Below are positions 53,852 through 59,895 of a stretch of DNA of 59,895 bases, piece by piece. Position numbers and translations under genes: made by a program. The stretch lies in the IMG/VR virus record IMGVR_UViG_3300045988_040622. One strand, written 5' to 3'. Position 1 is the stretch's first letter, and every line of letters begins with the position of its first letter. Source of the stretch: a virus. The notes under the pieces are model-generated. The model was given only the letters and a program-made list of their open reading frames with translations, was not told the DNA's origin and searched no databases.

Positions 53852-54172
53852 TTATTGCTTCTGTACCAGCTCGTAAACCAAGGCGTCAATACGTTTTTCC
53901 ATTTCGTCAAACTCGCAAGTCTCATTTTCCTGAAACGCTGGCATTAGTACATAACTTTCAAACGCTTTTGTTATGTCGTTCCACTTTCCTCCGGTCGCAA
54001 AAGACAAATCCCCATTTTTCAATATTGCCAAGCTATCAACATTCATCTGCGATTCGACCAATTTTCTAACATATACGGAAATCGGCTCACCGCTTGGCAA
54101 CTTATAATTATCTCCTGTAAATTGCCATTCGCTTCTGATTTTTATGATCTTCTTGAACTCGTTTCTTTTCAT
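53852..54172 (-). CDS. Hypothetical protein
   Basis: 106-aa ORF. Confidence 0.5.
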   Translation of the reverse strand: MKRNEFKKIIKIRSEWQFTGDNYKLPSGEPISVYVRKLVESQMNVDSLAILKNGDLSFATGGKWNDITKAFESYVLMPAFQENETCEFDEMEKRIDALVYELVQKQ

Positions 54173-54223
54173 GGCATGTTCCCCTTTCCTGGCTTTCGCC
54201 TTTGCTCTATTTCTTTGATCTGA

Positions 54224-54275
54224 TTACATTATATATAGTTAGTGCTTAATTGTCAATACTTAATTAGTGCTTAAT
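54224..54275 (+). repeat. 52-bp operator module, copy 1 (two TTAGTGCTTAAT boxes)
   Basis: TTACATTATATATAGTTAGTGCTTAATTGTCAATACTTAATTAGTGCTTAAT matches 54495-54546 at 50 of 52 positions. Confidence 0.7.
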
Positions 54276-54278
54276 TTA

Positions 54279-54470
54279 TTATTTTTTCATTCTATCCATT
54301 TTATCGAGTTCCGCAAGAATCAATTCTCTAGCAAATGCGCTTGTTTTTAATCCGTATGAGTTGATTCTCTCTATTGTTCCAAGTGGCAATATAATGTTTA
54401 TTCTATCTTTATTGCTCATGCATTTCTTTACCGCTTGCCTGTTCTTTTCCGCTTTTGTGTTTTCGTCCAT
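54279..54470 (-). CDS. Ribbon-helix-helix (Arc/CopG-like) DNA-binding protein
   Basis: 63 aa. RINIILPLGTIERINSYGLKTSAFARELILAEL fits beta-alpha-alpha. The repeated operator modules flank it. Confidence 0.55.
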   Translation of the reverse strand: MDENTKAEKNRQAVKKCMSNKDRINIILPLGTIERINSYGLKTSAFARELILAELDKMDRMKK

Positions 54471-54494
54471 ATTCCTGCACCTCCGTATTTTTTC

Positions 54495-54546
54495 TTACAT
54501 TATATATAATTAGTGCTTAATTGTCAATACCTAATTAGTGCTTAAT
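54495..54546 (+). repeat. 52-bp operator module, copy 2 (two TTAGTGCTTAAT boxes)
   Basis: Matches 54224-54275 at 50 of 52 positions. Confidence 0.7.
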
Positions 54547-54572
54547 AATAATGCACAATTCATAATATAATA

Positions 54573-54619
54573 TTAGTGCTTAATATTGTGTATTTTGTCA
54601 ATATACATTAGTGCCTAAT
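54573..54619 (+). promoter_or_regulatory. Two further operator boxes
   Basis: TTAGTGCTTAAT at 54573-54584 and TTAGTGCCTAAT at 54608-54619. Confidence 0.55.
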
Positions 54620-54669
54620 TTATATATAATACAAGTATCAAATGAAGCACAGAAAGCGAGGAAAATAAC

Positions 54670-54810
54670 ATGGAAAGAATTAAAGAGTTAGAAAAGGAAT
54701 TAACAAGGGTCTGCGGCACTTACGAAAATGATTGCTCCAAGTGCCCGAAACAGAAGGAATGTGAAGAATATTGCAAATTGGCACAGATTTACGAAATCGT
54801 AAACAGATAA
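54670..54810 (+). CDS. Small Cys-rich protein (below the ORF-track cutoff)
   Basis: 46 aa, MERIKELEKELTRVCGTYENDCSKCPKQKECEEYCKLAQIYEIVNR. A GAGG RBS sits 8 nt upstream. Confidence 0.4.
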   Translation: MERIKELEKELTRVCGTYENDCSKCPKQKECEEYCKLAQIYEIVNR

Positions 54811-54870
54811 GAAAGAGGGGCTTTGAACTACGAAATATTTTTTGGCGCGCGGAGAAAATTTTCTTTCATC

Positions 54871-54897
54871 AAAAACCCGCCTAACTGGCGGGTTTTC
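54871..54897. terminator. Bidirectional terminator
   Basis: ACCCGCC-TAACT-GGCGGGT with A5 upstream and T4 downstream, between convergent genes. Confidence 0.7.
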
Positions 54898-55152
54898 TTA
54901 TTTCTTCTCTTTCATTGCAATTTCTAAATCAAGCCCCAATGCATCCGCAATCTGCCGCATTTCCTTTTCTGAAAAGTTGTCACGTTTCATTTTTTGCGAA
55001 AGATTTTGTGAGCTGGTGTCAATAAGTCTTGCTAGATCGGTCACTCTTAATTCCTTTTCAATAAGCGTATGTTTTACGATTTTTGCAAACAATGTACCGC
55101 CTCCTCTCTCTTGACGTGTTTCAATAATATCATAAATAAATTTATTATTCAA
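54898..55152 (-). CDS. XRE-family HTH regulator
   Basis: IEKELRVTDLARLIDTSSQNLSQKMKRDNFSEKEMRQIADALG. Confidence 0.7.
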   Translation of the reverse strand: MNNKFIYDIIETRQERGGGTLFAKIVKHTLIEKELRVTDLARLIDTSSQNLSQKMKRDNFSEKEMRQIADALGLDLEIAMKEKK

Positions 55153-55173
55153 TTATTTAATTACAAACAATAC

Positions 55174-55201
55174 TTGACAATCACAAAATAAACCGTATAA
55201 T
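55174..55201 (+). promoter_or_regulatory. Near-consensus promoter of the rha gene
   Basis: TTGACA-16nt-TATAAT. Confidence 0.6.
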
Positions 55202-55238
55202 GTAATTAAAGAGTTACAACAGTAATTGATAAGTTACA
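55202..55238 (+). repeat. Two 17-bp direct repeats between the promoter and the rha RBS (candidate operators)
   Basis: GTAATTAAAGAGTTACA (55202-55218) and GTAATTGATAAGTTACA (55222-55238). Confidence 0.5.
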
Positions 55239-55253
55239 GAAAGGGGCACAAAT

Positions 55254-55922
55254 ATGGCACAAATAGAACAAACCATCACTACTTTAGAGATTGCAGAAAT
55301 GATGGAAATGCGTCACGACAGAGTTTTAAGAAAATTGGAAGGACAGGATGTAAAGGGAAAACATACTGAAGGAATCATTGAAATTTTGACTCACCACAAT
55401 TTAGGTGCGAGTGATTATTTCATTCCATCTACCTACAAAGATGAATCCGGAAAAGAAAACAAGTGCTACAAAGTAACCAAGTTAGGATGTGATTTTCTTG
55501 CGAACAAATTCAACGGAGAAAAAGGCATCGTATTTACTGCCCGATACGTGAAACGTTTTACCGACATGGAGAAAGCCATAAAGAAACCACAGGCGGCATT
55601 GCCGAAAAATGATGACCTATTTGCAGATTGTTACATTTCAAAACAGCAATTGGACGCATCACGCGGAGCGTGGTTCAGAAAAAATAATTGGAAATTAAAA
55701 ATTATCATGGAACAGTTTGGGTGGACGAGAAAATTTTTATATCACAAGATTCTCGTGGAGCTATCTGACATTTACGACTTAGAACTTGAAGAAAAGTTCT
55801 ATGTGCAGAGGTTTGGCTATAGGCCAGAGTACAAATTGGATTTGTTGGATGGCAGTAAAAGCCTTGCCAGACTTGCGACAGGATATATCAACTATTTATT
55901 AACAGAAGAAGGAGACTACTAA
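55254..55922 (+). CDS. Rha-family phage regulatory protein
   Basis: TLEIAEMMEMRHDRVLRKLE...CYKVTKLGCDFLANKFNGEKGIVFTARYVKRF is the Phage_pRha pattern. Confidence 0.7.
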   Translation: MAQIEQTITTLEIAEMMEMRHDRVLRKLEGQDVKGKHTEGIIEILTHHNLGASDYFIPSTYKDESGKENKCYKVTKLGCDFLANKFNGEKGIVFTARYVKRFTDMEKAIKKPQAALPKNDDLFADCYISKQQLDASRGAWFRKNNWKLKIIMEQFGWTRKFLYHKILVELSDIYDLELEEKFYVQRFGYRPEYKLDLLDGSKSLARLATGYINYLLTEEGDY

Positions 55923-55923
55923 A

Positions 55924-56163
55924 ATGGATGAATTTATTAAAATTGTATGTTCAAGTCAGCTTGACAATGAAACCGGAAATGCCTTTGTTGAATACTTCTC
56001 ACCCTTAACAGAGAAGCTAAAAGGGTTATTAAGTGAAAATTTATATTCAGAGTTCGAGGAACTGCTTTTTAGTTGCTGTGCAAAGAATAATGATTTTTAC
56101 ATGACGGAAGGCGCGAAACTCGCTATAGAAATAATGAAAGGTTCTTACATTCCGAAAGTCTGA
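55924..56163 (+). CDS. Hypothetical protein
   Basis: 79-aa ORF coupled to rha (TAAAATG). Confidence 0.5.
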   Translation: MDEFIKIVCSSQLDNETGNAFVEYFSPLTEKLKGLLSENLYSEFEELLFSCCAKNNDFYMTEGAKLAIEIMKGSYIPKV

Positions 56164-56170
56164 CACAATT

Positions 56171-56203
56171 CCGGCGGCGATTCAAACCGCCGGATTTATT
56201 TTT
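56171..56203 (+). terminator. Terminator of the rha operon
   Basis: CCGGCGG-N9-CCGCCGG followed by ATTTATTTTT. Confidence 0.7.
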
Positions 56204-56348
56204 GCCCTAGCGCAACGATGTTTTCTTTCGTAAAAATCAAAGACCGCGCAGCATAATCACTTTTGCTCAACTCTTCTATCAGCCTTTCCCTAGTCATTTC
56301 CGGATTCGTCCGGTGCACGTACTGTAAGAGTTCTGAAATTTTATCCAT
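56196..56348 (-). CDS. Small hypothetical protein (below the ORF-track cutoff)
   Basis: 50 aa, MDKISELLQYVHRTNPEMTRERLIEELSKSDY... It has a TAATG overlap with the protease-like gene. Confidence 0.4.
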   Translation of the reverse strand: MDKISELLQYVHRTNPEMTRERLIEELSKSDYAARSLIFTKENIVALGQK

Positions 56349-56683
56349 TATGCAACAACCTCCATAAGTTCAATCAATAGTCTGTCCGCTATTTCAAATA
56401 CTTCTCTTCCGTATGTAGTCAAGAAGTCTGCTACAATTTCCTCGGTATCAATATCCATGTATACATTATATGAAAGACAGAACGCATGACATAATTCGTG
56501 GCATAACACACGGTCAAGGAATCTTCCGCGTAGATCATCCGCAAGATATATCGTTTTCGTGTCTCTGTCGGTCATGCCTACTGTTCTGCTTCCATCACTT
56601 CTCTGTAGCATATCGCTGTAACGTGATACTTTGACCAAATTCCAAATTTCATTGTTTATTGTGAACAATTTACCACCTCGCAA
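56348..56683 (-). CDS. ImmA/IrrE-like zinc metalloprotease (HExxH)
   Basis: 111 aa. VLCHELCHAF carries the HExxH motif in a small protein of ImmA/IrrE size. Confidence 0.55.
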   Translation of the reverse strand: MRGGKLFTINNEIWNLVKVSRYSDMLQRSDGSRTVGMTDRDTKTIYLADDLRGRFLDRVLCHELCHAFCLSYNVYMDIDTEEIVADFLTTYGREVFEIADRLLIELMEVVA

Positions 56684-56706
56684 ACAAAGAGGGCAAAATG
56701 CCCTCT
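56682..56706 (-). terminator. Terminator closing the attR-proximal cargo operon
   Basis: AGAGGGCA-TTT-TGCCCTCT followed by TTGTTTG on the minus strand. Confidence 0.6.
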
Positions 56707-56709
56707 CTA

Positions 56710-57390
56710 TTACATTTTCGTGACAAGCGTAGTCAGCTTTGTCTTGGTCAACTGTTTCTCTTCTGGGGACATACCGGAAAACAGTTCTGTCACATCTTCC
56801 GAAAGAGATTTCATGTACTTTTCAAGTTCTTTCATCTTTGCGTCCTTATCTTCCGGTGAATTTCCGTTATGCATTTCCTTTGTCTCCATGTAGCTTCTCC
56901 GGCTCATACCGGCTCTGCCCTCTCTTGCATCGTGAGTACCGGTACTCATGCCGTTATTTCCGCTCATAGGCTCTGAATAATACATCTTTCCCATACTCAT
57001 TCTGTCAAGGTCTCTCATTCGGTCGTATTCCGGCATTCTCTCCCATTCGTGGTAATCTTCTGGCATCTGATGATAATACGGTGGTTCTACATATCCTCTG
57101 CGTGTTCCACGCCCTTTCGGTGCGAATCTGCCATTTGAGTACCGGTACTCATTGTAGTATCTTCTTACCGGATAATCCCCAAATTCTTCCACCATGCGCA
57201 TGATTTCTTCATCTTCAGACTTCTTCATTGCTTCAACAATGTTATAGTCCTTGTCAAAGCATACGATATTCTTTGCAATCTCCGTCCAATCCTTGAGATC
57301 ATCAAGGTTTTGTCCCTCAAAATTCTCAATTCCAATGCCGTCAACGTGGGCTTTCACGCAATCCATAATCTGTTTCGCAAACTTATGCAT
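56710..57390 (-). CDS. Low-complexity R/Y/M/E-rich protein (unknown function)
   Basis: 226 aa. The central region is RRYYNEYRYSNGRFAPKGRGTRRGYVEPPYYHQMPEDYHEWERMPEYDRMRDLDRMSMGKMYY. RBS is GGGAGG. Confidence 0.6.
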   Translation of the reverse strand: MHKFAKQIMDCVKAHVDGIGIENFEGQNLDDLKDWTEIAKNIVCFDKDYNIVEAMKKSEDEEIMRMVEEFGDYPVRRYYNEYRYSNGRFAPKGRGTRRGYVEPPYYHQMPEDYHEWERMPEYDRMRDLDRMSMGKMYYSEPMSGNNGMSTGTHDAREGRAGMSRRSYMETKEMHNGNSPEDKDAKMKELEKYMKSLSEDVTELFSGMSPEEKQLTKTKLTTLVTKM

Positions 57391-57394
57391 AATA

Positions 57395-57814
57395 TCAAGC
57401 CTCCCTTACTGCAATCAAATTACTGTTCTGAACCTCGATAGCCTGTGTGGACGCATTCTGCACGGCTACGGTACTGCAACAACCGCATGGCACATCAACA
57501 TATGCTTGTGCTGATACATTAAAGAAATTCTCAACTGCCGCAGGGGTCACGATCATCTTTGTTGACTGTAAAGGCTCTCCGTCTACTGCAATGGCAAGCG
57601 AAATCTCTCCAACTGTGCCGCCTGTCGGAATCTGAATGTTGCCGGAATACGATACCAAAAATCTAGCTTTGCACTGATTGGTGATACCTCTTAGCTTGAT
57701 AATTCCACTTCCCTGTCTGTGTACGATACATTTTGTTCCGTTCACTGCTGTTTCTGTGAATGCCACATCTTCTCCAGCGGCAACGGTTTGTAATGCAATT
57801 CCTGTTACTTCCAT
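57395..57814 (-). CDS. Beta-rich protein resembling BclA-C-terminal/C1q-TNF-like jelly-roll domains (tentative)
   Basis: Start is trimmed to MEVTGIALQTVAAGEDVAF. The sequence is alternating and beta-rich, ending ...VQNASTQAIEVQNSNLIAV. The resemblance is by eye only. Confidence 0.5.
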   Translation of the reverse strand: MEVTGIALQTVAAGEDVAFTETAVNGTKCIVHRQGSGIIKLRGITNQCKARFLVSYSGNIQIPTGGTVGEISLAIAVDGEPLQSTKMIVTPAAVENFFNVSAQAYVDVPCGCCSTVAVQNASTQAIEVQNSNLIAVREA

Positions 57815-57936
57815 TATTTTTACCTCTCTTTCATAAGAATAAGGGCAAACATTATAGTCTGCCCTTTGATTATAAGTAATACTGCATAGCAGACATGATT
57901 GAGTTAAACTCAATTAAGATACTCAATTATTTAGTT

Positions 57937-58698
57937 TTAGCAGCCACATCCTGTGTTGCATCCGCATCCATATGCATAAGCATTTGGGTTAGGTACAACA
58001 TATGCCGGAATAGCAGACGGATTTACCGCGTTGATAATCTGCTGTGTCTGAGCCGCCATCTGAGTTGTAAGCAGTGCGCTCTGACGATCTTGTGAAGCTG
58101 CTCTGCGAAGGTCATTATTTTCTGCCTGTAAGCTAGAGATTTTCTCATTGCAGAGATAATCAAGAATAGCGCGTGTTCCTGCATTCTGGCTGTCGATAAT
58201 GTCTCTCGTGTTGCTGTTCATGGTGTTCTGCAACGCGCAAGTGTTAGTTGCCATGTTGTAGTTTACACCTTGGATAGCTTCTCTTGTTTCGCAGCAGCAG
58301 TTTGCAAGCTGTGACTGTAATGCGTTTGTATTCTGCATGTTAGCGACTGTATCAGCATTGATAGCCTGCTGAATGCCGAATCCGGTCTGCAAAATGTTTG
58401 TGTTGACGCCATTCATGCCGGTTTGCACTGCATAGAATCCGTCACAAAGTCCGTTTGTAATGCCATCAAGTTTTGACACAACCGCCTGATTATCAAATCC
58501 GCGCTGGATTTCGCTTCCGACGCCACCATTCATTCCGTTTCCTCCGAATCCGTTACCGAATCCGCCCCATCCGAAAATGGCAAAGATAACGATAATGAAC
58601 CATAACCATGAGCCTTCTGCGCCCCATCCATTGTTATTTCCGTTTCCGTCAATGTTCGCAACAAGCGGAACGGATGCACAATTACCTGTGTTAAACAT
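57937..58698 (-). CDS. Membrane-anchored Gly/Asn/Gln-rich protein with Cys-rich C-terminus (unknown function)
   Basis: Start is trimmed to MFNTGN after GGAGG. It has a TM segment WLWFIIVIFAIFGWGGFGNGFGGNG, a Q/N-rich helical body with a CCC motif, and a YGCGCNTGCGC tail. Confidence 0.6.
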   Translation of the reverse strand: MFNTGNCASVPLVANIDGNGNNNGWGAEGSWLWFIIVIFAIFGWGGFGNGFGGNGMNGGVGSEIQRGFDNQAVVSKLDGITNGLCDGFYAVQTGMNGVNTNILQTGFGIQQAINADTVANMQNTNALQSQLANCCCETREAIQGVNYNMATNTCALQNTMNSNTRDIIDSQNAGTRAILDYLCNEKISSLQAENNDLRRAASQDRQSALLTTQMAAQTQQIINAVNPSAIPAYVVPNPNAYAYGCGCNTGCGC

Positions 58699-58751
58699 AG
58701 AATTTACCTCCATAATTCATTTTTATATACATAATCTTGCAAGAATTAGTA

Positions 58752-58979
58752 TCACATTCCTAATTGGCTTTTAAACGACTCAAAAGCCTTATCTGCGTCA
58801 ATTCCCTTTTCTTTGCACAAATTCCTAGCCATCTGCTCGATGCCCTTGGAATCCCCCTTCTGTGCCATCTGCATAGCATTTCTAGCCATGGGGTTACTCA
58901 TTACGCTGTTATTCCCCATCATTTGTTGTAAAAACTGCTGCGGGTTTTTCATTCCCTGTAACATCTGCATAGGATTCAT
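58752..58979 (-). CDS. Small Met/Gln/Asn-rich protein (unknown function)
   Basis: 75 aa, MNPMQMLQGMKNPQQFLQQMMGNNSVMSNPMARNAMQMAQ... It has a TAATG overlap with the upstream gene. Confidence 0.55.
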   Translation of the reverse strand: MNPMQMLQGMKNPQQFLQQMMGNNSVMSNPMARNAMQMAQKGDSKGIEQMARNLCKEKGIDADKAFESFKSQLGM

Positions 58980-59455
58980 TAAGACTCACTCTCCTTTTGT
59001 GTCCGCGAAGATTTTCTTTGCGTTTGCGAAGATAACTTATCTTCCAACTCTTCCATTTTTCCAAACAAACAATCCAATTTGTCAGTAATAGCCTTTGTCG
59101 CATCGTCAGACAGCCCTATTTCGATTTTTTTATCATCACTTGAATAATCTGCCATCTGCTCATTAAAAGGCTTGTAAACGGTCTTTCTTATTGTTCCATT
59201 GGCATCCCATTGTTTTGCTACGATTGCGCTCATGTCCTGCATCGGGAAAAACGCAACACTTCCATCCATAGGTACATCATTCGCCATGATCGCTGATTCC
59301 GACTGCACTACTTTTCCTTGGATTCCAAGAAACTGCGGTTGCATCTGCGGAATCTGTGGCTCTGGTTGTTGAAATCTCTGCATTGGGTTGTATTGATAAG
59401 CGGCATAGCTTGGGTTTGGGTTAAATGCCATATTCTGATTTTGCATCTGATACAT
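58979..59455 (-). CDS. Protein with Q/N/P-rich N-terminal region (unknown function)
   Basis: 158 aa, MYQMQNQNMAFNPNPSYAAYQYNPMQRFQQPEPQIPQMQPQ, then a globular part. RBS is GGAGGAAG. Confidence 0.6.
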   Translation of the reverse strand: MYQMQNQNMAFNPNPSYAAYQYNPMQRFQQPEPQIPQMQPQFLGIQGKVVQSESAIMANDVPMDGSVAFFPMQDMSAIVAKQWDANGTIRKTVYKPFNEQMADYSSDDKKIEIGLSDDATKAITDKLDCLFGKMEELEDKLSSQTQRKSSRTQKESES

Positions 59456-59573
59456 TCTCTTCCTCCAACACTTCCTTGATTGCGTGAATCATTGCTGACT
59501 GATACACAAGCGGAACCTTTGACACATCTTCTCTTGTTAAGATTTTTTCAAGAATTTCATCTGTAAATAACAT
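59421..59573 (-). CDS. Small hypothetical protein, first gene of the cargo operon (below the ORF-track cutoff)
   Basis: 50 aa, MLFTDEILEKILTREDVSKVPLVYQSAMIHAIKEVLEEE, after a GGAGGGA RBS. Confidence 0.4.
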   Translation of the reverse strand: MLFTDEILEKILTREDVSKVPLVYQSAMIHAIKEVLEEENVSDAKSEYGI

Positions 59574-59740
59574 TCCGCATCCCTCCTATGCTTATATTTT
59601 TGCATAAAAAAATACGGTTCTTCCGCAAAAAATAAGCAGAAAAACCGCATAAAAAAAGAACGCCAAAAGCGTTCCAAGTCTACCATTTTCAGAAAAGAAT
59701 CTAAAGCACTTGCGCAGACTCCTTTCTTTTGTGTTCAGTT

Positions 59741-59762
59741 TTTGAGTACCATTTTGAGTACC
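59741..59762 (+). promoter_or_regulatory. Putative integrase arm-type binding sites (2 copies)
   Basis: TTTGAGTACC at 59741-59750 and 59753-59762, 47 bp from the attR core. The same motif occurs at 1381-1400. Confidence 0.55.
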
Positions 59763-59808
59763 AATTTTTTTTAAGACGCCGCAAACACAGTGTTTATGCG
59801 ACTTTTAA

Positions 59809-59833
59809 AACAGTCCGTACGGGAATCGAACCC
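59809..59833. repeat. attR core (inside the tRNA-Glu 3' end)
   Basis: Identical to 1306-1330. Confidence 0.85.
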
Positions 59834-59882
59834 GTGTTTCCGCCGTGAGAGGGCGGCGTCTTAACCGCTTGACCAACGAACC
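59811..59882 (-). tRNA. tRNA-Glu(CUC), integration target
   Basis: Full 72-nt cloverleaf: acceptor GGTTCGT/ACGGACT (two G-U pairs), anticodon loop CTCTCAC, T arm ACGGG-TTCGATT-CCCGT. The 3' 23 nt lie within the att repeat. Confidence 0.9.
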
Positions 59883-59895
59883 GTGTATTATACTA

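Larger units (their letters stand above)
1306..59833 (-). mobile_element. Complete temperate prophage (siphovirus-type gene layout) integrated in tRNA-Glu(CUC)
   Basis: Bounded by a 25-bp perfect direct repeat. Integrase sits at one end. Full packaging, head, tail, replication and lysogeny modules are present. GC is lower than the flanking xth region. Confidence 0.9.

Noticed and set aside
54224-54619. Possible CRISPR-like array, because of the regularly recurring repeat.
   Set aside because: The repeat unit is only 12 bp, the spacing is irregular, an RHH gene sits between copies, and there are no cas genes. It fits an operator array.
1-59895. Diversity-generating retroelement, retron, or toxin-antitoxin/abortive-infection cassette.
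   Set aside because: I saw no reverse-transcriptase motifs (YxDD), no template/variable repeat pair near the fibre genes, and no recognisable toxin folds in the translations. Absence is judged by eye only.

Overview
The window holds about 1.3 kb of a Firmicutes-like host chromosome and one complete temperate prophage of about 58.5 kb. The host part carries a tRNA-Glu(CUC) cut by the left edge and exodeoxyribonuclease III, and has higher GC than the rest. The prophage (1306-59833) has a siphovirus-type gene layout. It sits in the 3' end of a second, identical tRNA-Glu(CUC) (59811-59882). It is bounded by a perfect 25-bp direct repeat (attL 1306-1330, attR 59809-59833), with TTTGAGTAC arm-type repeats just inside both ends. 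Almost all prophage genes are on the minus strand. Reading right to left, the order is:
- a terminator-bounded cargo operon of low-complexity proteins (59.6-56.7 kb);
- a regulatory hub (56.7-53.4 kb) with an ImmA-like protease, Rha, an XRE regulator, an RHH protein and operator arrays;
- terS;
- a 5.5-kb accessory island with a GNAT, four tRNAs (Gln-UUG, Glu-UUC, Ile-UAU, Ser-GCU), small zinc-ribbon proteins and a Com-like zinc finger coupled to RtcB RNA ligase;
- terL, portal, scaffold, capsid and head-tail genes, with holin-like genes embedded;
- major tail protein, frameshifted tail chaperones and an NlpC/P60 hydrolase;
- a tape-measure gene interrupted by a roughly 1.2-kb intron-like element carrying a GIY-YIG endonuclease;
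- a moron island with a secreted Big_2 protein and a Bro-N protein;
- tail tip and fibre genes;
- a plus-strand CI-like repressor with divergent promoters;
- an early region with antirepressor-like, SSB, Rad50/SbcC-like ATPase, RecT-like, MBL nuclease, replisome organizer and DnaB genes, plus two more GIY-YIG genes;
- a PAPS-reductase-like gene, a C5 cytosine methyltransferase split into two ORFs, a LuxR-type HTH protein and the integrase.

I found no rRNA, CRISPR array or reverse transcriptase. All function calls come from motifs read in the translations. No database search was run.
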